Source of the DNA: a virus
Taxonomy: Duplodnaviria > Caudoviricetes
IMG/VR virus record: IMGVR_UViG_3300031159_000045
Location: 1 to 36,567 of that record
Strand: one strand, 5' to 3'
Length of the DNA: 36,567 bases
Within the stretch, counting starts at the first letter, position 1; each line of letters starts with the position of its first letter. Below the pieces are notes generated by a model that saw only the letters and a program-made list of their open reading frames with translations, ran no database searches and had not been told where the DNA came from. Shown here in pieces: positions 8,429 through 16,253 of the stretch. Both the position numbers and the translations under genes were made by a program.

Positions 8429-8581
8429 ATGAAAAACGGCAAAAAGCCTACACGCCGCCAGAAGGAAGCGATCCGGTATGTCCAGCTCAATCCGGATAAC
8501 TGGCTGGTCGTAAAAAGCCTTCCGAATGAGCTGCACATCATGCATCGTGAGACCGGAAGTATTCGCGTTATCCCTGCGTAG
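8429..8581 (+). CDS. Small phage protein, DUF6906-like (absent from the ORF track)
   Basis: MKNGKKPTRRQKEAIRYVQLNPDNWLVVK... translated by hand; family recalled from memory. Confidence 0.7.
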   Translation: MKNGKKPTRRQKEAIRYVQLNPDNWLVVKSLPNELHIMHRETGSIRVIPA

Positions 8582-8595
8582 GAGGTGTCAGACGG

Positions 8596-9666
8596 ATGGC
8601 CAGCCCGCAAACAGGCAATGGGTTCATACGAATTGCAAATGAGCTTTGGGACGAGGTCATCCGTCGGGACTTCTCCAAGCGCCAGAAGGACATTATCGAC
8701 TTCATATGGCGATTGTCCTACGGATGCCAGAAGAAAACGGCCTACATCCCTAAGCTGGTTTACTTCGAACTGTGCGGAATCGGCAGGAACCACATCAAAG
8801 AGGAACTCCAGTATCTCGAATCCTGCAGAGTGATTTTTTGGGATCGAGAGGAGAAGACGTTCGAGGTAAACAAGGATCATGAGCAATGGCAAGTGTCTCC
8901 GGTGAAGGGGTGGAAAGAGTTCAAATTCGACGAACTCCTCCATCTGAATATGCAAAAAAGTTCCCAAAACGGGAATGAAAAAGTTCCCAAAAAGGGAATG
9001 AAAAAGTTCCCGAAACAGGAACTTTTTGATGAAGAGGAGTCCGAAATGTTCCCAAAACGGGAACAAGAGGGTTCCCAAAACGGGAACATTTTTTCCGAAA
9101 AAGTTCCCAAAACGGGAACATCGACCCTTGATAATCCGAGTAATGACGCGGCTTCCGGGGTTTCTAAAGACATATTTAAAGACAGTATTAAAAACAGTAG
9201 TAGTACTAGAGATAATACGTGCTATACCGGGGCCGCTGCTTCAGCCGTTGTCACAACCGAAGATTTTTCATTCGGGAAAATCTATCGGATCTACGAAGAG
9301 CACTTCACCGAAGACAACAAGGTGACGCAATTCGAGGTCGAAGATCTTTCCGACATGTTTGACACCTACGGCGGTGAATGGTTGCTGGAAGCAATGCGAG
9401 AAGCAGTTCGCGCCAAAGTGCGAACGCTCAAGTATATCAACGGCGTGCTGAAAGGATTCCAGGAACGCGGTGGCCCCGGTAAGCCACCAAACGGACAAGC
9501 GCCACCGGCGGCCCCGGCAGAAAGCGGCACGTCCCGGACAACCGGACCGCCAACGCCATCCGCAGATCAGACGCGGGAATTTATCGAACGGCAGCAGCGC
9601 CTGATTCGCGAAAAGCAAGAAAGACTGCGACAACGTGCAGAGGAGACCGTACAGCATGGAACTTGA
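8596..9666 (+). CDS. Phage replication initiator (lambda O-like N-terminus, DnaD-like C-terminus)
   Basis: MASPQTGNGFIRIANEL N-terminus; internal iteron-encoded repeats; EAMREAV...LKYINGVL; followed by the helicase. Confidence 0.88.
   Translation: MASPQTGNGFIRIANELWDEVIRRDFSKRQKDIIDFIWRLSYGCQKKTAYIPKLVYFELCGIGRNHIKEELQYLESCRVIFWDREEKTFEVNKDHEQWQVSPVKGWKEFKFDELLHLNMQKSSQNGNEKVPKKGMKKFPKQELFDEEESEMFPKREQEGSQNGNIFSEKVPKTGTSTLDNPSNDAASGVSKDIFKDSIKNSSSTRDNTCYTGAAASAVVTTEDFSFGKIYRIYEEHFTEDNKVTQFEVEDLSDMFDTYGGEWLLEAMREAVRAKVRTLKYINGVLKGFQERGGPGKPPNGQAPPAAPAESGTSRTTGPPTPSADQTREFIERQQRLIREKQERLRQRAEETVQHGT
8960..9119 (+). repeat. Six iterons GTTCCC-N5-GGGAA(C); putative replication origin
   Basis: Starts at 8960, 8983, 9006, 9048, 9071 and 9103; AT-rich tract follows at about 9160-9217. 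Confidence 0.8.
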
Positions 9667-11014
9667 TTATCAACCGCCCTTTGACACTCGACTCGAGTTG
9701 CATATCCTTGGCGCGATGATCAGCGATCCGGAGTGCATCGCGGACGTGATCGAAATCGTGAAGCCGAAATACTTTTACCACCGCTCGCACATGCGGATTT
9801 ACGAGAAGATCATCGAGGCGTGGAGCGAGGACGAAACGAGCGTCGATCTGCAGCTGATCGCGCCGAGCCTGGCCGAACAGAACATATCGCTGAGCAGTAT
9901 CGTCGAGGCGGCACATTCGGTTTTTTCGACCGCGGACATCGAGAAATATTGCGAACGGCTGAAAGACTTGGCCATGCTCCGATCGGCCGGCAAGATCGGC
10001 GAAGAACTCGTTAAGGCCACGACGCTGCGGGAGCAGGACGAAATCCGGGCGGCGATCAGCAAAGCCGAACTGAACCTCGCGCGCCTGAACGAAGCAACGG
10101 CCCGGACGGATACATTGCTCACGATGAAAGAAGCCGTCATACGGTTTCACGAACAGTTTGAGAAGGTGTACTACAGCAGCGACGGCGGCGTCAGCGGCAT
10201 CCCTACGGGATTCCGGGACCTCGACGCAATCACATCCGGCCTGCAGCGGGCGGACCTGATCATCATCGGCGCGCGGCCATCGATGGGCAAGACCACGCTC
10301 GGGCAACAGATTGCGCTTAACGTGAGCTTGACCCCGGAAGGCCCCGGGGAACCGACCGCCTTTTTCAGCCTGGAACAATCGGCTCGTCAGCTGGCGGGCA
10401 GGGCGATGGCAAACCAATCGCTGATTGACCTCTCGAAACTCAACTCGGGGCTCATCAGCGACGACGAGTGGGAAAAGTACACGCTGGCTATGAGCCGTCT
10501 ATCTGAAGCGAACCTGGTTATTGACGAGCAGCCGGGCTTGACGGTCAACGAGATTAAGGCCAAGGCGCGGAAGATTAAGCGCGAGCGCGGGCTGTCGCTG
10601 GTCTTGATCGATTATCTCGGCAAGATCCGGGCGCCGGATCCGAGGATGAACCGATACGAGGCTGTGAGCGAAAACGCTCGCCTCCTGAAGGACATGGCCA
10701 AGGAATTGGACGTCCCGGTCATCTGCCTGGCCCAGCTTTCCCGGGCGGTCGAGCAGCGTCAGGACAAGCGCCCGATGATGTCGGACCTGCGGGAATCTGG
10801 CGAAATCGAGCAGGAAGCTGACATTATCGCCTTCTTGTATCGCGATGATTATTACAACCGCGATACGGAGAGGAAAAACATCACCGAACTCATCATTGCG
10901 AAAAATCGTAACGGCCCGATTGGCACAGTGGAGCTGTATTTCCTGAAAAATTTCAACAGGTTCGTAGACGTAGACAGGGGGCATACGCATGCAGAACAGA
11001 TGGCACTTGTATGA
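9656..11014 (+). CDS. dnaB: Replicative DnaB-family helicase
   Basis: GARPSMGKT Walker A, LIDYL, AQLSR, SDLRESGEIEQEAD, KNRNGP. Confidence 0.96.
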   Translation: MELDYQPPFDTRLELHILGAMISDPECIADVIEIVKPKYFYHRSHMRIYEKIIEAWSEDETSVDLQLIAPSLAEQNISLSSIVEAAHSVFSTADIEKYCERLKDLAMLRSAGKIGEELVKATTLREQDEIRAAISKAELNLARLNEATARTDTLLTMKEAVIRFHEQFEKVYYSSDGGVSGIPTGFRDLDAITSGLQRADLIIIGARPSMGKTTLGQQIALNVSLTPEGPGEPTAFFSLEQSARQLAGRAMANQSLIDLSKLNSGLISDDEWEKYTLAMSRLSEANLVIDEQPGLTVNEIKAKARKIKRERGLSLVLIDYLGKIRAPDPRMNRYEAVSENARLLKDMAKELDVPVICLAQLSRAVEQRQDKRPMMSDLRESGEIEQEADIIAFLYRDDYYNRDTERKNITELIIAKNRNGPIGTVELYFLKNFNRFVDVDRGHTHAEQMALV

Positions 11015-11162
11015 ATGGCTCAAACAGCAGTATATGCGGACCGGCCGGATACCTTCGGCGGACGAGTCGCGGGCCGCTTTCCCGGAACTGCCGTTGGAGG
11101 AAATGGGCGAAGGGTACACCGAATTCATGGCCGTTTTTGGCCGCTACGAGAGGGGAGCGTGA
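10989..11162 (+). CDS. Hypothetical 57-aa protein (absent from the ORF track)
   Basis: MQNRWHLYEWLKQQYMRTGRIPS... with SD AGGGGG; preferred over the 5' half of track ORF 11015..11302. Confidence 0.5.
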   Translation: MQNRWHLYEWLKQQYMRTGRIPSADESRAAFPELPLEEMGEGYTEFMAVFGRYERGA

Positions 11163-11167
11163 GTGGA

Positions 11168-11302
11168 ATGTATAGGCTGACGTACAAAGGCCGGCCGATC
11201 GGACCGGAATTTAACGGCGAACGCGAGGTTATCCAGGCATTCATCCGGATGTTTCCGGTCTGCCAGGGATTGGGGTGGAAGCGATGCGGACCACGGCGGT
11301 GA
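11168..11302 (+). CDS. Small hypothetical protein
   Basis: MYRLTYKGRPIG...; purine-rich SD upstream. Confidence 0.45.
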   Translation: MYRLTYKGRPIGPEFNGEREVIQAFIRMFPVCQGLGWKRCGPRR

Positions 11303-11724
11303 CCGAACAGAAAGGGATTTCCTTCACGGTTTTCGGTGAACCAGTCGCGCAAGGACGACCTCGTTTTGCAGTCGTAGCCGGACGAGCAATGGCTTACGAC
11401 CCGAAGAAATCCCGCGATTACAAGGATTACGTCCGGCTGGCCGCTTCTGAACATGCGCCGGCGAAACTGCTGGATGAAGCGCTGGCTCTCGAAATCAAAG
11501 TTTTTCGTCCGATCCCGAAGTCTTTCAGCAAAAAGAAGGCGGCAGACGCCGAATCCGGTCTGATTCGCCCGACCACGAAGCCGGATGCGGACAACTACCT
11601 GAAGGGCATCAAGGACGCGCTGAAAAACGTGATCTGGACGGATGACAGCCAAATCGTAGATGTCCATGTTTCGAAATGGTACGGGCAGCGCCCGCGAGTA
11701 GAAATCACCATCAAACCCATATGA
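11284..11724 (+). CDS. rusA: RusA Holliday junction resolvase
   Basis: GEPVAQGRPR, KPDADNYLKGIKDAL, DDSQIV; start uncertain. Confidence 0.93.
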   Translation: MRTTAVTEQKGISFTVFGEPVAQGRPRFAVVAGRAMAYDPKKSRDYKDYVRLAASEHAPAKLLDEALALEIKVFRPIPKSFSKKKAADAESGLIRPTTKPDADNYLKGIKDALKNVIWTDDSQIVDVHVSKWYGQRPRVEITIKPI

Positions 11725-11738
11725 GAGGAAGAGGCTAA

Positions 11739-12407
11739 ATGAGCAATGTTCAATTCATGGCGGATTTCCCGCAAATCACACTCGGAAAGAAAACGAAAAT
11801 CGTACTTGAGATCCCGGAAGGAACGACGTTCTCGAAAATCGCGGAAATCGCGCAACATCGTGGCGAGCGCATTTTGGTCCAATTCGGACAACCGCAGATG
11901 GAAATGGACTTTGAACGGGTGCCCGGCGGCGGCCTTGTCGCAACCGTGAACGCCCGCGGCGAAGTGGAGCGCATCGAACGTAGCGAACCAGCAGATGATG
12001 CTGATTCGGATCCAGAAGACGTACTTGTTCAAGACGGCGAAGAATCCGAGCAGATCGAATTCACCGACGAAGAGGCTGACGGCTCGGGAGAATCGGACGA
12101 TCCGGGAGAACAGGACGACCAGGATGAACAATCGGGACCACAGGACGATCAAGAGTCTGCAGCAGAGGACGAAGAGCCGGATGTGGACAAGGAAGAACTT
12201 GAAAACTTCATCCTGCAAGAACGCCCGGAATTCCCGGACATCCCGTATAACTTCCCCGAATTGCTGCGCCGGCGCCGCGAAGAGAACGAGAAGTGGATTG
12301 ATCTTGCCAAGGAAGTCGGAATCGCGTCTAGCAGACTGCAAGCGTTCTGGAACGTCTACAAAAAGCGCGTGAAGAAAATGATCATCGCAAACAGAGGAGC
12401 AGCTTAA
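11739..12407 (+). CDS. Hypothetical protein with a highly acidic centre and an HTH-like C-terminus
   Basis: D/E-rich tract; WIDLAKEVGIASSRL. Confidence 0.75.
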   Translation: MSNVQFMADFPQITLGKKTKIVLEIPEGTTFSKIAEIAQHRGERILVQFGQPQMEMDFERVPGGGLVATVNARGEVERIERSEPADDADSDPEDVLVQDGEESEQIEFTDEEADGSGESDDPGEQDDQDEQSGPQDDQESAAEDEEPDVDKEELENFILQERPEFPDIPYNFPELLRRRREENEKWIDLAKEVGIASSRLQAFWNVYKKRVKKMIIANRGAA

Positions 12408-12411
12408 TCAG

Positions 12412-12570
12412 ATGAATAAACCAGCAACATTCCCCTTCCTAGATCACCTTCTCGAACTAAAGGAAGGGGAAGAAACGATAATCTTCGTCGGTGGCCGTGC
12501 GTTCTTGATTTCGCCGGCCACTGAGGACGACATAGAGCGGATCAGCAAGGGATATTTTTGTATGGATTGA
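12412..12570 (+). CDS. Small hypothetical protein (52 aa)
   Basis: MNKPATFPFLDHLLELKEGEETIIFVGGR...; SD AGAGGAG. Confidence 0.6.
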   Translation: MNKPATFPFLDHLLELKEGEETIIFVGGRAFLISPATEDDIERISKGYFCMD

Positions 12571-12579
12571 GGGGATGAG

Positions 12580-12678
12580 ATGAGCGACCAAGAAATCGCT
12601 GAAAAATACAAGATCAAGTTAAGTACGCTGCGGTATTATCAGGCTTTGTGGCGCAAACGAGGTCAACAGAATGCGTAA
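12580..12678 (+). CDS. 32-aa HTH-like peptide or gene remnant
   Basis: MSDQEIAEKYKIKLSTLRYYQ...; SD GAGGGG. Confidence 0.4.
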   Translation: MSDQEIAEKYKIKLSTLRYYQALWRKRGQQNA

Positions 12679-13747
12679 GGCGTCACTTTTTTCCGGCATC
12701 GGAGGGATCGATCTTGCGGCCCATTGGGCGGGCATGGAGACGGTGTGCTTTTGCGAGCGCGAACCGTTCCCGCAGCGCGTCCTCCGCAAACACTGGCCGG
12801 ACGTGCCGATCATCGACGATGTTCATGATTTTACGCGAAAGGAGTTGGAGCGACTTGGCATTATCGGAGACGGTCGAGCAATTGACCTTATTTCCGCCGG
12901 ATACCCTTGCCAGCCTTTCAGTGTCGCCGGGCAGCGACGAGGCACGGAAGATGACCGCCACCTCTGGCCAGAAGTTAAGCGAATCTTATCGGAAATCCGG
13001 CCCCGTTGGTTTGTTGGCGAAAATGTTGCTGGGCACGTCACTTTGGGGCTCGACGATGTGCTTACTGACCTGGGAGGGGCGGGCTACGCCGCGCAAGTGT
13101 TTATTATTCCAGCTGCGGCCGTCGGTGCCAGTCATAGACGAGACAGGGTGTTCATTGTGGCCTACACCGAGGACATTCGATGCAACGTCAGCAGCGAATC
13201 TACCACTGCAGAACAAGGACAGAAAAAGATCGTCTCCGACACACGAAGGACTTGTTCGAGCGGTGAAATTTTGGCCGACGCCCCGGGCGAACGATGCGGA
13301 GAAGCGTGGGAATATATCGGACGATCCGAGGAATGGGCTGCCGGGAATAGTGAAGATGTGGCCCACGCCAGCGGCGCAGGACGCGAAGAATGCAATGCTT
13401 CCGCCGTCTCAATCGGACCGGGACACAGTCCCCGGGGCGGTGATTCGTTCGGGGGAAACCGGCCAACTCAACCCGGAATGGGTGGAAGCGCTCATGAACT
13501 TTCCAATTGGTTGGACGGAGGTGTGAACCCGCTGGATGCTCTCGCCGAGTTTATCGCTCAATATCCGCAACCGGCACTCATGGGGCAGCCGCAGCATACT
13601 TGGGAACCGCCGCGTGTGGCGACGGGCGTCAAGAACCGGTCGGCACGTCTGAAGGCGCTGGGTAACGCGGTGAATCCGTTGCAAATTTATCCGATCATGT
13701 ACGCAATTCGGGTGATTGATGATTGGTTGAGGAGAGATGCCGCATGA
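12671..13747 (+). CDS. C5-cytosine DNA methyltransferase, catalytic (alpha) polypeptide
   Basis: Motifs I FSGIGG, IV GYPCQPFS, VI ENV, VIII HRRDRVFIVAY, X RLKALGNAV; no motif IX recognised. Confidence 0.92.
   Translation: MRKASLFSGIGGIDLAAHWAGMETVCFCEREPFPQRVLRKHWPDVPIIDDVHDFTRKELERLGIIGDGRAIDLISAGYPCQPFSVAGQRRGTEDDRHLWPEVKRILSEIRPRWFVGENVAGHVTLGLDDVLTDLGGAGYAAQVFIIPAAAVGASHRRDRVFIVAYTEDIRCNVSSESTTAEQGQKKIVSDTRRTCSSGEILADAPGERCGEAWEYIGRSEEWAAGNSEDVAHASGAGREECNASAVSIGPGHSPRGGDSFGGNRPTQPGMGGSAHELSNWLDGGVNPLDALAEFIAQYPQPALMGQPQHTWEPPRVATGVKNRSARLKALGNAVNPLQIYPIMYAIRVIDDWLRRDAA
12855..13526 (+). CDS. Nested +1-frame gene: putative MTase beta polypeptide (three WPTP modules and a motif IX-like segment)
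   Basis: Open frame 12648-13526; TTG at 12855 after AAAGGAG; ends GQLNPEWVEALMNFPIGWTEV. Confidence 0.72.
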   Translation: MALSETVEQLTLFPPDTLASLSVSPGSDEARKMTATSGQKLSESYRKSGPVGLLAKMLLGTSLWGSTMCLLTWEGRATPRKCLLFQLRPSVPVIDETGCSLWPTPRTFDATSAANLPLQNKDRKRSSPTHEGLVRAVKFWPTPRANDAEKRGNISDDPRNGLPGIVKMWPTPAAQDAKNAMLPPSQSDRDTVPGAVIRSGETGQLNPEWVEALMNFPIGWTEV

Positions 13748-14550
13748 CCGCCCCGCGCATTTTACACTACCCAGGCAGCAAGTGGAACATGGCTGAATGG
13801 ATCATTGACCATATGCCGCCGCATAAGACGTACCTTGAGCCGTTCTTCGGCAGCGGGGCCGTGTTCTTCAACAAGGAGCCCTCCCCGCTTGAGACAATCA
13901 ACGACCTGGACGGTGACGTGGTCAATCTGTTCCGAGTGATCAGGGATCGTCCGGACGAGCTTGCACGCTTGGTCTATTGGACGCCGTACAGCCGGGAGGA
14001 ATATTACGCCTCATACGACATGGAGGGGGCGGACGAGCTAGAGAGGGCGAGAAGGTTCTTGGTGCGGTGCTGGATGGCGATGGGTGCAAAACTAAGCAAC
14101 AGAACCGGATGGAGAAATAACCATGATGCCAATTCGCCAAGTCTAATCAAGCTATGGGACATGTTGCCGGAGCGCCTGATGATTGTTACGGATCGGTTAA
14201 AGGGTGCACAAATTGAACAGAAACCGGCGTTGGAACTTATCAAGGAATATCGTTCAACTGAAACATTGATCTACGCGGATCCGCCATATCTTCTTTCTAC
14301 GCGAACAGGGAAGGTCTACAAAAATGAAATGGATGAAAACGAACACCTCGAGCTGCTCAATGCATTAGACGCTCATCCCGGGCCTGTTCTTTTATCTGGA
14401 TACGAGCATCCATTGTATCTCAAAAGGTTGAGCCATTGGCATTGTGAGAGAAAAGACGTTCTCGCTCAAGCAGGGAAAATCGCTACCGAAGTCCTCTGGA
14501 TCAACCCAGTCGCAGCCGAACACGCCGGCAGGCAATTGACACTATTCTAA
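13744..14550 (+). CDS. Dam-like (D12 class) N6-adenine DNA methyltransferase
   Basis: YPGSK, EPFFGSG, INDLD, YADPPY; ATGA-coupled to the C5 MTase. Confidence 0.93.
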   Translation: MTAPRILHYPGSKWNMAEWIIDHMPPHKTYLEPFFGSGAVFFNKEPSPLETINDLDGDVVNLFRVIRDRPDELARLVYWTPYSREEYYASYDMEGADELERARRFLVRCWMAMGAKLSNRTGWRNNHDANSPSLIKLWDMLPERLMIVTDRLKGAQIEQKPALELIKEYRSTETLIYADPPYLLSTRTGKVYKNEMDENEHLELLNALDAHPGPVLLSGYEHPLYLKRLSHWHCERKDVLAQAGKIATEVLWINPVAAEHAGRQLTLF

Positions 14551-14606
14551 GGGAGGACAAACATCCTCCCCCATCACCCCATAAGGGAATAAGGAGAGGA
14601 TCGGGA

Positions 14607-14783
14607 ATGACTTTTTACCTCAGACATAAACAAGGGCAGAAGCGAGATGTTTTGCTCAAATCTATCGATATTCCGGCCGGAACGGCTGTGGTGGAGACAA
14701 CAGACGGCGAAGCAATGTTCGAAGAAACTTGGCGGCTTGCGGACATTATCGAAGAATACGAATTCCGCTATGACATTTGGTGA
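14607..14783 (+). CDS. Small hypothetical protein (58 aa)
   Basis: MTFYLRHKQGQKRDVLLKSID...; SD AAGGAGAGG. Confidence 0.6.
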   Translation: MTFYLRHKQGQKRDVLLKSIDIPAGTAVVETTDGEAMFEETWRLADIIEEYEFRYDIW

Positions 14784-14797
14784 GGAGGCAACCGATC

Positions 14798-15355
14798 ATG
14801 AGTGATGCTGTAAGCGGCAAAGCGATTGTAAAAGCTCTGAACGGAAAAGCAGACGTGCATGAAGCTGTCGGAAACATATCTGCTGCTGGCGAATTAAGAG
14901 CCTGGGCGGCACGAATTGTACGCGGCGACTTTTCCATCACCTCCCCAGCAGAGGGAGAATGGAAAGCAATCAGCGAAGTGATGCAGCGTGAAAACGCGCA
15001 GTTACACGATAAAATTCGACGGCTAAGGGCGGCGTTGGAAGCGATAGTAAGTGAACCAGTTAAATTAGGATTTTTCATGGAATGGATTGATAAGGCCAAG
15101 AAAATATCTTTTGAAGCCCTCTCCACCACAACCGAACCAGCCGGGGCGCAGCGGTGCATGGAATTACCGCTTGCGGACGAAGCTGAACGTCAGTCCGGAT
15201 GGACGTTATCTCCAAGGTATTTAGACGAAATTCAAAATAAGATAGAAGGATACGAGGATTGTCCAAGTTGGGAAGGCATACAACTTGTGCTCCTTGCTCA
15301 TTACGGATTGCCTTTACCAAAAGTGGACGAGGAAGGAGTCGAGAGCGATGCGTGA
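14798..15355 (+). CDS. Hypothetical accessory protein
   Basis: SD GAGGAGG; coupled gene chain. Confidence 0.65.
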   Translation: MSDAVSGKAIVKALNGKADVHEAVGNISAAGELRAWAARIVRGDFSITSPAEGEWKAISEVMQRENAQLHDKIRRLRAALEAIVSEPVKLGFFMEWIDKAKKISFEALSTTTEPAGAQRCMELPLADEAERQSGWTLSPRYLDEIQNKIEGYEDCPSWEGIQLVLLAHYGLPLPKVDEEGVESDA

Positions 15356-15551
15356 TCGAAACGGTAGGAATATTCAAGTCGGAGACACTTGGGAGTTTCA
15401 CGGTGTTCAGTACAAAGTCGAACGTTACAAAAATGGCGAACTGTATTTTAGGAACCAGCACAAAAACGCCACACCTGATGACCATATTCCCGGGAGATAT
15501 TCTGAAGAAGGCATCGTGGTGGATGTTATGAAAGGAGATGGGAACGAATGA
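15348..15551 (+). CDS. Hypothetical protein (DRNGRNIQVGD, YopX C-terminus-like)
   Basis: SD AAGGAG; motif resembles the DKNG.EI..GD segment. Confidence 0.55.
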   Translation: MRDRNGRNIQVGDTWEFHGVQYKVERYKNGELYFRNQHKNATPDDHIPGRYSEEGIVVDVMKGDGNE

Positions 15552-15847
15552 ACGTCCGGAATACAAAAGGCCCCATCATCAGCAGCACGCGGTCGATGAC
15601 CGAACCAACCGGGGCGGAACGGGTGAGGGAATATTGCCCTCCTGACGTACAACGACTTTTTGAAGAGCATTACAACAACATCTTTGCGACGGGTGAACGG
15701 GATTATCGCGAATGCGATATTTGTGAGGCGATTGAAAAGGTTGTGAAAATGTACGGACATGAAATCGATTATAGATTCGATCAAATATCACCTAATGTAA
15801 TCACCATCCCCAGCATCAACGCGCCGGAAGGAGATGAGGACGCATGA
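15548..15847 (+). CDS. Hypothetical protein
   Basis: ATGA coupling; SD AAAGGAG. Confidence 0.6.
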   Translation: MNVRNTKGPIISSTRSMTEPTGAERVREYCPPDVQRLFEEHYNNIFATGERDYRECDICEAIEKVVKMYGHEIDYRFDQISPNVITIPSINAPEGDEDA

Positions 15848-16167
15848 TACGGTTGACGAAAATTGATTCTGAAGGCAATAAGAAACAAATCATCATTGAA
15901 GTTGAATCTATAGAAAGCATCGAAGAATGTTATGGATTTACGGAAATCACTACTAAACGCGGTTGGGTAATCAAAATCACCGAATCCCCGCAGGAAGTCG
16001 CCCGTAAGGTGCTGGAGTGGCGGCTTGCGATGGAGCGGTATCGAGCATACGTAAACGCCGCCGCTTTGGACGAAAAACCGCAGTCTAACGAATGTTGGGA
16101 ACTTGCGGCAAACGCGAAGGCGGAACTTGTGAGACTCGCCGGACTGGAGGAACCGAACCATGGGTGA
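15844..16167 (+). CDS. FlbD/SwrD-family-like protein
   Basis: MIRLTK...IESIEE...TEIT...ITESPQEVARKVLEWR matches the remembered FlbD pattern. Confidence 0.65.
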   Translation: MIRLTKIDSEGNKKQIIIEVESIESIEECYGFTEITTKRGWVIKITESPQEVARKVLEWRLAMERYRAYVNAAALDEKPQSNECWELAANAKAELVRLAGLEEPNHG

Positions 16168-16253
16168 GATCGCCGACATGATCCTTCACGGATAAATAAA
16201 AAAAGCCCCTTATAAGAGGCCCCGTCAATCCAATTATAAGGGGAACGATCTGT

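Noticed and set aside
8960-9119. Repeats as a possible CRISPR array
   Set aside because: The 17-bp repeats have 6-25 bp gaps, lie inside a CDS and have no cas genes nearby; they fit iterons.
11015-11167. 5' half of track ORF 11015..11302
   Set aside because: It lacks an SD; an alternative frame, 10989..11162, has an SD and more typical composition.
12671-14550. Restriction-modification system
   Set aside because: No restriction endonuclease is recognisable nearby; the MTases look like orphan phage enzymes.
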